Below, piece by piece: positions 1-7,943 of a DNA stretch of 31,190 nt (position 1 is the first letter of the stretch; every line of letters starts with the position of its first letter). Made by a program: the position numbers and the translations under genes. The notes beneath the pieces are model-generated. The model was given only the letters and a program-made list of their open reading frames with translations. It was not told the origin of the DNA and did not search any database. This DNA is from an uncultured Saprospiraceae bacterium (GTDB taxonomy: Bacteria > Bacteroidota > Bacteroidia > Chitinophagales > Saprospiraceae). The stretch is taken from contig CAYRVZ010000003.1 in NCBI GenBank assembly GCA_964427815.1, positions 1 to 31,190 of the forward strand, written 5' to 3'.

Positions 1-1
1 C

Positions 2-1060
2 GCCTTTGAAGATTCCTTGAGGGTGTCAGCACCTGGATTATATTGCGTAGTGGTGACAGACGAAAACGGTTGCACCGCTATTGCTTGCCAGAGTGTCAAC
101 CAAGATGGAAATAGCGTTTTTTGTAATGGAATATCCACAGCGGGAGCGATTACGTGTGTCTATCCAAGCCGTAAACTCTTCCCAGGTGTTACGGCTAATG
201 ATACGATTACCTATAGTTGGACAGGACCCGATGGCTTTGAGACTAGCGACACCTTCCCGACTATTATGTCGGGCGGGTTGTATGAACTGACAGCCACCAT
301 CCCGAATGGCTGTAGTTGTACGTCTTCCATAGAAGTAGAAGAGCGTTTGGCGTTGGACATAGAAGTACAACAGGTGATAGATGCCACCTGTGGAGCTAAT
401 GGGCAAATCATTCCTAATATTTTAGCGGGAGCGGTAGAACCTTTTTCTTCCATCCCCGAGATCAATGTGGATTCTTTAGCTAAAGGAGATTATGTGGTGG
501 TGGTAACCAATGGTGATGGGTGCATGGATACCGTGGAATTTTCCATTGGCGGAGTAGCACCCATTACGATAGCAATAGATGAAGTTTTGGCTGATCACGG
601 GTCTAATGATGGGGCTATTTCCATAACGGCATCGGGCGGAGTGGCTCCGTATGATTTTGTTTGGAAGTTGGGAACGACTGATGTTTCTACTGATGAAGAT
701 CCGATGGGTCTTGCCTCTGGGTTTTATCAATTGAGCGGTTCGGATAACAATGATTGTCCATTTACAATGGATTCTATTGAGGTTGTTTTGGTTAGTGATG
801 TGGTAGATGTCGCTTCCGCAAAAAATATTTCATTGGCTCCCAATCCCGCAGGGGACTATTTTGTAATTAAAAATACAAGCCATACACCGCAGTTGATGAC
901 TGTTCGTATTTTTAATATTAATCACCAGTTAGTGAAGGTTTTTGAATGGGTCGGAAAAGAAAAGCAAATTGACTTAAGTTCTTTTCCAGCAGGAGTTTAT
1001 CAAGTACTGATTCAATCTGGAAACAAAAGGGCAACCAAACAATTAATCGTCAGAAAGTAG
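2..1060 (+). CDS. T9SS type A sorting domain protein with SprB-like repeats (5' truncated by window edge)
   Basis: The frame is open from base 2 (AFEDSLRVSAPG...), so the TTG at 17 is not the true start. Repeated Y-x-V-x-V-T-D-x-N-G-C motifs (VVVTDENGC, VVVTNGDGC) and DGAISITASGGVAPY are SprB-like. The C-terminus ISLAPNPAGDYF...GVYQVLIQ...KQLIVRK is a type A CTD. Confidence 0.88.
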   Translation, partial: AFEDSLRVSAPGLYCVVVTDENGCTAIACQSVNQDGNSVFCNGISTAGAITCVYPSRKLFPGVTANDTITYSWTGPDGFETSDTFPTIMSGGLYELTATIPNGCSCTSSIEVEERLALDIEVQQVIDATCGANGQIIPNILAGAVEPFSSIPEINVDSLAKGDYVVVVTNGDGCMDTVEFSIGGVAPITIAIDEVLADHGSNDGAISITASGGVAPYDFVWKLGTTDVSTDEDPMGLASGFYQLSGSDNNDCPFTMDSIEVVLVSDVVDVASAKNISLAPNPAGDYFVIKNTSHTPQLMTVRIFNINHQLVKVFEWVGKEKQIDLSSFPAGVYQVLIQSGNKRATKQLIVRK

Positions 1061-1139
1061 GAAATCACTTCATCTGTGATGAAAAATTGGCCTGTAGGAA
1101 CAAAGCTTAAGATAATTCTGTATTACTCCAAACCGAACC

Positions 1140-2327
1140 ATGATCCAGTCTTACTTACGCACATACCAAGGTATTTCCAAAAATGTCTGGCTGCTGTCAA
1201 TTATTCTATTTATCAATAGAACGGGGAGCATGGTACTCCCTTTTTTGTCTGTGTATCTGCATGATGAAATGGGCTTATCGCTATCAGATGTCGGATGGAT
1301 ATTAAGTGTTTATGGATTAGGAGCCATGCTGGGATCTTATGTAGGTGGTCAATTGACTGATCGATTTCATTATTACCCAATCATGTTGTTTTCATTGATT
1401 ACTAGTGGTATTTGTTTTATTTTATTGCAGTGGGCAAACGGGTTTTATCTCTTTGCGGTAATGATGTTTTTAACTGTTTTTTTTGCCGATTTATTCCGCC
1501 CAGCTTCGATGACAGCCATGGGAGAATATAGCGCGCCAGAAGATTATACACGCTCGGTTTCTTTGCTTCGATTGGCGATTAATTTGGGGTATTCGATTGG
1601 TCCCGCCATCGGAGGGTTTATTGCCTTTAATATGGGGTATGTAAGCTTATTTTGGATTGATGGATTGACCTGCCTTCTAGCGGCATTGGCTACGTATATG
1701 TTTTTGGAGCATAAGGACAGCCGTCGAAAAGAGAAGAAAAGTAAGGCAACTTTGAAATCAGAATCTCCCTATCGTGATAAATCTTATGTGATGATGATAG
1801 TACTAGTTTCATTGATGGCTCTGGTGTTTTTACAAATACTGACGACCCTCCCTTTGTACTTTAAAAAGCAATTTGGGATGAATGAGGATAAGATAGGTTT
1901 GTTGCTTGCGCTAAATGCTTTTTTAATAGTACTCATCGAAATGCCCATCGTTCATAACCTAGAGCCCAAGGGGAAAAAATTAAAAATATTTAGACTAGGA
2001 GTACTGTTGATTGGGTTGTCTTATTGTGTGTTTCTGCTTGCGCCAAATTGGATTTGGATTGCAGTCGTCAATATGATACTATTATCCTTCGGAGAAATTT
2101 TTGCCATGCCTTTTTCGAATGCATATTGCATGGATATGACCACTCCAGAAAATCGGGGCAAGTATATGGCGCTATATTCCATGGCGTATTCTTTTGCTTT
2201 TATTTTGGCACCCGTACTCGGTATGCAGATTGCAGAGCGGTATGGCTTTCCGACCTTGTGGGTGGTTTTATCTGTTATTTCCTTTGGGACTATTTTGGGC
2301 ATTAGTTATTTGCGGCGTTTGGCATAA
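1140..2327 (+). CDS. MFS transporter
   Basis: 395 aa with about 12 hydrophobic segments; motif A-like GGQLTDRFH; typical N-terminus (FINRTGSMVLPFLSVYL). Confidence 0.92.
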   Translation: MIQSYLRTYQGISKNVWLLSIILFINRTGSMVLPFLSVYLHDEMGLSLSDVGWILSVYGLGAMLGSYVGGQLTDRFHYYPIMLFSLITSGICFILLQWANGFYLFAVMMFLTVFFADLFRPASMTAMGEYSAPEDYTRSVSLLRLAINLGYSIGPAIGGFIAFNMGYVSLFWIDGLTCLLAALATYMFLEHKDSRRKEKKSKATLKSESPYRDKSYVMMIVLVSLMALVFLQILTTLPLYFKKQFGMNEDKIGLLLALNAFLIVLIEMPIVHNLEPKGKKLKIFRLGVLLIGLSYCVFLLAPNWIWIAVVNMILLSFGEIFAMPFSNAYCMDMTTPENRGKYMALYSMAYSFAFILAPVLGMQIAERYGFPTLWVVLSVISFGTILGISYLRRLA

Positions 2328-2422
2328 GATTTTATAGGAATGTTGAACGAAGAGTTTCCCGTTTCTTTTAATATGACTTTTTTTATCAAAAAAATCACTA
2401 CATTTAAGCTTAAATACTAGTT

Positions 2423-2773
2423 ATGAAAATTCAACAACTCCTTTTTTTACTCCTTTTTTTACAGGCTAGCTGTGCTTCTTTTGATGTCGAGAATGTTACT
2501 GCTGATATTTGTAATTGCAATGCAGATTTAGTGAAAGTCAATGAAGAAATTAAGAATAAGGTAACGGCAAATTCGCAGAAAGAGGTAATGGCTCTTTTTG
2601 TGCAAGCAGGAAAAGTGCATGAACAAACAAAAAAATGTATCCTAAGCCTTTCCAACCAACACGGAAAACTAACCCAAAAGCAATATGCTTCTATTTTATC
2701 AAAATTACGGGCGGATTGTCAGGAGGCCATAGAGCCTTTTCAGAAAAGTGGCTGGTACCAGAAGAAAGAATAA
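2423..2773 (+). CDS. Hypothetical lipoprotein with four Cys in the mature region
   Basis: Signal peptide with lipobox-like QASC; helical, Lys-rich mature part with CNC and two further Cys; A/T-rich start context. Confidence 0.7.
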   Translation: MKIQQLLFLLLFLQASCASFDVENVTADICNCNADLVKVNEEIKNKVTANSQKEVMALFVQAGKVHEQTKKCILSLSNQHGKLTQKQYASILSKLRADCQEAIEPFQKSGWYQKKE

Positions 2774-2837
2774 CCCAAAAGAATAGAAACGAAGTACAGC
2801 GTCCTTTTCTTCACCTATTTGCCCTTTCTTCACGTCA

Positions 2838-3668
2838 TCAATGCCTAACCATCAATAATTTACTGGCTACGATATCTCCTGTCTTAAGCTTGACAGTGTA
2901 CAAGCCATTGGGTAAGTTAAATATGTTAATGGGTTCGTTGGGAGCAATCATTTGTTCTGTGAACAACCGACCGGTCATGTCATAAAGACCAATTTGGATG
3001 TTTTGATGAGTATCGGCCAGAGTAATTGTAAAAAGGTCTCTAGCTGGATTTGGAGTAATAGTGACTTTATCATTTATTCTAGCTTGTGTGGTTGCCACTA
3101 TCTGCATGTTAAAGGCTTGCATAAAAGTGACAACCTTGTCATCTTTATTGCCGTTGGCTTTGTTTGCTAATACCGCAGCAGCATAAAAATTCACGACCGA
3201 ACCTGTATCTGGGGCCTTCCATTGAAAACTCCATGTCGCATTATCGGTGCCATCGTAATTTTGTGGATCTGAATGACGGAGATATTGTCGTCCACTGGCC
3301 TCTTGGATATTAAGGGGATCGGAAGAAGCAGTGATAGAGAACTCTCCAGCCTTCTTGTCAGCACTATTTAAGGCGATCATTTCAAATCCTGCATAAATGG
3401 GGCTTCCAGCCGATTTTTTGACATTCAAAGTAAGGTCATACGTTTGTCCAGGAATAATGGGCGCAGTTAGACCCGATAATTCAATAAGCCCATCTATTGT
3501 GGTGGATGCCTCAGAATGGCAATCCATGCAAGTGCCTTCATTGGAGGCACCTGTTTTGCCTGTTGGTGGTTTTGATTTATAGCTAGAAAGATACAGGATA
3601 CTCGAAAAGCCCAATACGACAAGGACGGGCACTTTGATGGGCGAAAAAAAGTAATTTGGGTTTTTCAT
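2838..3668 (-). CDS. T9SS-secreted protein with choice-of-anchor V / Reeler-like domain and CxxCH motif
   Basis: N-terminal signal; PTGKTGASNEGTCMDCH; Reeler-like WSFQWKAP...FYAAAVLANKANGNKDD; C-terminal CTD (ITPNPARD...GLYTVKL...KLLMVRH). Confidence 0.85.
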   Translation of the reverse strand: MKNPNYFFSPIKVPVLVVLGFSSILYLSSYKSKPPTGKTGASNEGTCMDCHSEASTTIDGLIELSGLTAPIIPGQTYDLTLNVKKSAGSPIYAGFEMIALNSADKKAGEFSITASSDPLNIQEASGRQYLRHSDPQNYDGTDNATWSFQWKAPDTGSVVNFYAAAVLANKANGNKDDKVVTFMQAFNMQIVATTQARINDKVTITPNPARDLFTITLADTHQNIQIGLYDMTGRLFTEQMIAPNEPINIFNLPNGLYTVKLKTGDIVASKLLMVRH

Positions 3669-3681
3669 GGTTCTATTTTTT

Positions 3682-3712
3682 GTACAAATATAAGAGTAAA
3701 TTATATTTGTAC
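3682..3712. repeat. Perfect 11-bp inverted repeat GTACAAATATA-N9-TATATTTGTAC
   Basis: Read directly from sequence; each arm contains a TATATTTG element, and the two point away from each other. Confidence 0.8.
3685..3692 (-). promoter_or_regulatory. Bacteroidota sigma-A -7 element (TATATTTG) for the choice-of-anchor V gene
   Basis: Exact TAnnTTTG match on the minus strand, 17 nt upstream of the ATG at 3668. Confidence 0.6.
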
Positions 3713-3778
3713 TGGCTTAAAACTTCGTTTGTCGTGATTTTTGCAAAAATGATGAGCAAAAAATGGCATAGATTTTAT

Positions 3779-4834
3779 TTATAGCAGAAGCCTATCCAAT
3801 ACCCCTTTCAAATATTCACCATGCGGATAGACTATCTTTGCCGTTAAGTTACTTGATGTTTGGAGCGCCTCCTCCAATTTGAAAGCGGCTTGAGAAACAC
3901 TATGAACCAATCGGGCTGCGCTCATTTTTTCCGCCAGGTAGAGCTGCTCAGGTTGCCCAGGAGTGGGTATGAAAATAATTTTTGTATCCGCTTGTGCAAA
4001 AAGACCTAGCGCCGCATAATCCATTATTGTACTGTACCCAGATCTAGAAATAATGGTTCGACTACGGGCAATAAGTTGGTATAACGCTTCAGACGAAGCA
4101 AAAGGGATGAGGTTTATATTGCGGCTCGGAGCAATGGTTTGAAGCGATGGTTGCCCGCTAATGATGGTTGTATTTAAGGTGGATGCCGCAAACTGTTGAA
4201 TGAGTTCTTTCTCCAAGTAACTTCTCTGTGGCTCAGGACCTGAAAGGATCGCTAAGACGTCGATGGTTTTGTCCTGTGGTATTATTTTTTCAAACCTAGA
4301 AAGCCCCCCAATATATTGTACCTTTAAGGTAGAACCATGAGATAATTTTCCCGCAAGGGAAGGTTCTTGTGGAAAATCTGGCACCCATATCTCATCGAAT
4401 GGCTTCATCAAAAAGCGATTGACGGAATTGATTCCTTTTTCCGCCAGGGGAGACAAAATGTTCAGCTGATGGGTAATAAAAATATTTTGGGTAAAGGGAG
4501 TATGACAGCCAAAACGATTGTCTGAAATAATTATCTGCGCTTGGATGGACTTGGCTAACAGCCCAATCGCCTTTTTCTCCTGCGGAATGGTGCGAAGCAT
4601 ATTTGCGGCAAGGCTAAAACTATTTTTGTAGAGTTGCTTATATTTATATTGAATATGATACGAAGGCAGTGACGTGGCGGGTAGCGTCGGAAATTCCTTC
4701 TTGAGGACAGCCAATGCATCTCCGTCAGAGGCCAAATGCACTTTCACCCCACGCCCAATTAAGTGCTGGATGATGGGTATCATTCGGGTCGCATGACCAA
4801 TACCCCAGTTTAAGGGTGCAACGATTATCTTCAT
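3779..4834 (-). CDS. GT-B glycosyltransferase (family 28 C-terminal-like)
   Basis: N-terminal APLNWGIGHATR; IISDNRFG; C-terminal ISRSGYSTIMD and IPTPGQPEQLYLA motifs. Confidence 0.9.
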   Translation of the reverse strand: MKIIVAPLNWGIGHATRMIPIIQHLIGRGVKVHLASDGDALAVLKKEFPTLPATSLPSYHIQYKYKQLYKNSFSLAANMLRTIPQEKKAIGLLAKSIQAQIIISDNRFGCHTPFTQNIFITHQLNILSPLAEKGINSVNRFLMKPFDEIWVPDFPQEPSLAGKLSHGSTLKVQYIGGLSRFEKIIPQDKTIDVLAILSGPEPQRSYLEKELIQQFAASTLNTTIISGQPSLQTIAPSRNINLIPFASSEALYQLIARSRTIISRSGYSTIMDYAALGLFAQADTKIIFIPTPGQPEQLYLAEKMSAARLVHSVSQAAFKLEEALQTSSNLTAKIVYPHGEYLKGVLDRLLL

Positions 4835-4929
4835 TTAGCGTTATGCTTAAACAAATATAAGTGATATTAGATTAGACCTCCTAAAAAAGTCGTTTAATAG
4901 CTACTTTTTAATGAAAAATAACCAGCATC

Positions 4930-5040
4930 ATGAGCAAAAAAATCTTTATCGTAGTCCTCGTCTTGACAACTCTAGCCATCACCATGAGTTCATGTCGTTC
5001 TAAGAAGTGTAATTGTCCAAAATGGGAGATTACAGAATAA
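4930..5040 (+). CDS. 36-aa Cys-rich micro-lipoprotein (MSKKIFIVVLVLTTLAITMSSCRSKKCNCPKWEITE), not in ORF track
   Basis: Hand translation from ATG 4930 to TAA 5038-5040. Basic n-region, hydrophobic h-region and lipobox MSSC. A at -3 and A-rich upstream. Fills the gap between the GT gene and rne/rng. Confidence 0.8.
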   Translation: MSKKIFIVVLVLTTLAITMSSCRSKKCNCPKWEITE

Positions 5041-5066
5041 AGTCTGTTGATCTATTTGGACAGATC

Positions 5067-6620
5067 TTATTTCATCCGAATTTCATCCATGTTGGCATCA
5101 TAAAAATGATACTCTAGCAGGTGATAATCAGGTTCTGGTGTCACTTTAATCCACTTATTGTACTTCATGTACCACTTCATTTGCGTGTTCGGAAGCCCTT
5201 TTTTGATAAATGCGTGTACAAAAGGATGTAATCTAAGGGATAATTTTCCAGCAGGTCTTGACTCAAACAAGAAATCAATATCTCTTTCTATTTCGTCCAT
5301 CAATAAGATAGACGCATTCACCTTGCCTGTACCTTTGCAGACGGGGCAATGTTCAGAAGTGTTGATAGTGACGGCGGGTCTAGTTCGCTGGCGGGTAATC
5401 TGCATCAACCCAAACTTACTAAGCGACAGTATCGTATGCTGCGCACGATCCGTTTTCATGAAATCGATCATCTTGTGATATAGATCCTTACGGTGTCTAG
5501 CGTCACGCATATCAATAAAATCAATCACAATTAGCCCACCAATGTCACGCAACCTCAACTGTCGCGCAATCTCTTTGGCTGCTTCTAGGTTAACGGAATA
5601 GATCGCTTGCGCTTGGTCCCGTTTGCCCATTTTGGGTCCACTATTGACATCGACGACGTGCATAGCTTCTGTACCTTCAATGACAATGTAGGCACCGCTT
5701 TTCATGGTGGCTGTTTTTCCAAAGGAAGCTTTTATCTGTCGGTTTACACCAAAAGTCTCAAAAATGGGTCTTTTACCGGTATAAAATTTCAGAATTTTGG
5801 ACTGATCCGCTGCAACATTTGCAAGAAATGTCTTGATGTTGTCATGCAAACCTTGGTCATTGACCACAATCTTATTAAAAGAGTCTGTCAATAAATCACG
5901 CAATAAGCTGATGGGCTTATTAAGCTCACTCAATAATTTCTTGGGTGGTTCGGCATTTTTGAGTTGTGCATGGATTTTTTCCCATTTCCCAATCAATTGG
6001 CTCATTTCATCATGTAGATCAGCTGCTTTTTTGCCTTCCGCTGCTGTACGGATGATGACGCCAAAATTTTCAGGCTTGATGCTTTCCATCAAAAGGTGTA
6101 GCCGTTTACGTTCTTCTTGGTTGTTGATTTTTTTGGACACCGCTACGGTTGAATTGAACAAAGTCAAAACCATATACCGCCCAGGAATCGTGATTTCACT
6201 AGTTAATCTAGGACCTTTAGTAGAAATAGGTTCTTTAAGGATTTGGACTAGGATGGGCTCCCTATTCTTTAAAACTTGAGCGATTTTACCAGTCTTAATG
6301 ATGTCTGGTTCTATCTCGAAGTTCCGAAGATTGGCTGCAGGACGATCCCCACCTATAGAGGTTCTAATAAATTTCTTGAGCGAATTTAGTTTAGGACCCA
6401 AGTCACTATAATGTAAAAAGGCCTCTTTTTTGTGACCAATATCCACGAAGGCTGCATTGAGCCCAGATACAGTTTTGGACACCCTGCCCAAAAATATATC
6501 GCCCACCATAAAGTCGTTATTCGCTTTTTGGCGATGAATCTCCACTAACTTGGAGTCTTCCAAAAATGCTATTTCTACTTCGGTGGGTGATGAATTAATC
6601 ACTAACTCTTTGTTAATCAT
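5067..6620 (-). CDS. rng: Rne/Rng family ribonuclease (RNase G-sized)
   Basis: S1 domain (VGDIFLGRV...AAFVDIG), QILKEPISTKGPRLT, VVDVNSG, EIARQLRLRDIGGLIVIDFIDM. Likely start is MINKELVIN at 6620 rather than 6629. Confidence 0.95.
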   Translation of the reverse strand: MINKELVINSSPTEVEIAFLEDSKLVEIHRQKANNDFMVGDIFLGRVSKTVSGLNAAFVDIGHKKEAFLHYSDLGPKLNSLKKFIRTSIGGDRPAANLRNFEIEPDIIKTGKIAQVLKNREPILVQILKEPISTKGPRLTSEITIPGRYMVLTLFNSTVAVSKKINNQEERKRLHLLMESIKPENFGVIIRTAAEGKKAADLHDEMSQLIGKWEKIHAQLKNAEPPKKLLSELNKPISLLRDLLTDSFNKIVVNDQGLHDNIKTFLANVAADQSKILKFYTGKRPIFETFGVNRQIKASFGKTATMKSGAYIVIEGTEAMHVVDVNSGPKMGKRDQAQAIYSVNLEAAKEIARQLRLRDIGGLIVIDFIDMRDARHRKDLYHKMIDFMKTDRAQHTILSLSKFGLMQITRQRTRPAVTINTSEHCPVCKGTGKVNASILLMDEIERDIDFLFESRPAGKLSLRLHPFVHAFIKKGLPNTQMKWYMKYNKWIKVTPEPDYHLLEYHFYDANMDEIRMK

Positions 6621-6660
6621 CTTCCACAATTATTTTAATGCAGAGGTAATAGATATTTAC

Positions 6661-7014
6661 AATCCAGAATAGGATTATACACCGATAGGGTTTAGCTAAT
6701 TCACTAGCTAAACCAATAAAAAAGGCGCTTTTTAAAAGCTATCTAAAAATGAAGAGTGACAACGCCTTTTGGATCCTTGATTGGTGTTGTGGAAAATAGT
6801 AAGCCCTCAATGTCTTGCTATATAGGGGTTTAGGCAAATTGTTTGTTCAAATTTGCGCTAAAGCGAACTTTTACTTTCGCAAAAGACTTACTATTTAATG
6901 GATATCAATTTCTGATTGATATCTGAGATCATTACTGATCAAATTCTCTTTACTTCCAACTCACTAGAGGTAAGCCTTGGGTGAAGCCACTCTTTTATCT
7001 CTGCTGAGATAAAA
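6661..7014 (-). ncRNA. Candidate structured cis-regulatory RNA (rne/rng leader / intercistronic region)
   Basis: At least eight hairpins or stems found by hand, two with GNRA tetraloops on the minus strand. Includes a 10-bp long-range stem (6794-6803 with 6887-6896) and a stem followed by a U-run (6718-6770). Confidence 0.55.
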
Positions 7015-7018
7015 AATA

Positions 7019-7111
7019 TTATTTCTTTGTCTTATGGCGATTCTTACGGAGTCTTTTTTTCCGTTTGTGAGTCGCTATTTTATGACGTTTTCTCTTTTTA
7101 CCACTTGGCAT
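7019..7111 (-). CDS. 30S ribosomal protein bS22-type small basic protein (MPSGKKRKRHKIATHKRKKRLRKNRHKTKK), not in ORF track
   Basis: Hand translation of 30 aa. Matches the MPSGKKRKRHK-x-ATHKRKKRLRKNRHK pattern of Bacteroidota bS22 (mS38/COX24-related family). Confidence 0.92.
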   Translation of the reverse strand: MPSGKKRKRHKIATHKRKKRLRKNRHKTKK

Positions 7112-7175
7112 AAAACCGTATTTTTGATTATAGAATTGAATTTACTAGAAACAATTCAATGATTGTTAAAACTGA

Positions 7176-7475
7176 TTATTTGGTCGGTAACGCCTTTACC
7201 TTCTGGCGTACACTTTCCACAAATATTTTGGCTGGTTTAAAAGAAGGTATGTAATGTTCTGGTATTACAATAGACTTCCCTTTTTTGATATTTCTACCAA
7301 TTTTTTTAGCTCTCTTCTTAATGACAAAAGAACCGAACCCACGGATATAAATATTCTCTCCACCCTCCAAAGTTTCTTTGACTTCTTCAAAAAAACTTTC
7401 TAGAGTCACTAAAACGTCCACTTTCGCGACGCCTGTCTTCTCAGAGATGGATGCAATAAGGTCTGCTTTTCTCAT
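7176..7475 (-). CDS. hup: HU family DNA-binding protein
   Basis: MRKADLIASISEKTG...IYIRGFGSFVIKKRAKKIGRNIK...IPSFKPAK: HU/IHF signature. Confidence 0.96.
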   Translation of the reverse strand: MRKADLIASISEKTGVAKVDVLVTLESFFEEVKETLEGGENIYIRGFGSFVIKKRAKKIGRNIKKGKSIVIPEHYIPSFKPAKIFVESVRQKVKALPTK

Positions 7476-7636
7476 TACTAATTGATTTTAAACCAGTTAT
7501 CAAACAATTACTACTTGTTTTCTAGCGGTTTGCAAAGGTCGGCTTTTTTTAGCTAAAAATAAAGTCCAAAAGGGATTCTTTTACTAAGAAATCGAATATT
7601 TGCTACTAGGCTAATAAAACAAGGCTTTTTTCTTTG

Positions 7637-7666
7637 TTGATTTCAAAAACTGTTTTTTGAAATCAA
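7637..7666. repeat. Perfect 13-bp inverted repeat TTGATTTCAAAAA-CTGT-TTTTTGAAATCAA
   Basis: Read directly from sequence, in the hup/yicC divergent intergenic region. Confidence 0.85.
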
Positions 7667-7743
7667 TCTTTAAGGTAAAATTAAATGGTCATCACGGTTG
7701 ATTTTGTTTCTATGATGCTGAATTTGACTCTGCCCTTCTCTTG

Positions 7744-7751
7744 CAAAGGTA
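7744..7751 (-). promoter_or_regulatory. Putative -7 element (TACCTTTG) for hup-bS22-rng
   Basis: Exact TAnnTTTG match on the minus strand; implies a long (~260 nt) leader. Confidence 0.45.
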
Positions 7752-7865
7752 GAAAATTATTTTAACAATCCAAAAAAAATTATTCATAAACTTCACAATT
7801 GCAAAGATTTACGTGCCTTAAACAAAAAAGGTTGCCTCTTATTGCCCTGCTTGTTCAGAAACGCT

Positions 7866-7873
7866 TAACTTTG
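7866..7873 (+). promoter_or_regulatory. -7 element (TAACTTTG) for yicC-gmk-apaG
   Basis: Exact TAnnTTTG match, with TTG at 7842-7844 about 21 nt upstream as a -33 element. Confidence 0.65.
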
Positions 7874-7896
7874 TCCTTCAGACTGATATAGGCTGT

Positions 7897-7927
7897 ACAC
7901 CTCCAAGACAATGGTGGGTGTTTTTTT
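7897..7927 (+). terminator. Intrinsic terminator-like hairpin inside the yicC leader
   Basis: ACACCU-CCA / UGG-(U bulge)-GGGUGU stem, AGACAA loop, then UUUUUUCUUUU; lies between the promoter and the ATG at 7944. Confidence 0.5.
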
Positions 7928-7943
7928 CTTTTAATATTCTGCT

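Noticed and set aside
7685-7765. Short plus-strand ORF MVITVDFVSMMLNLTLPFSCKGRKLF
   Set aside because: Overlaps the minus-strand promoter element; no signal, motif or terminator support.
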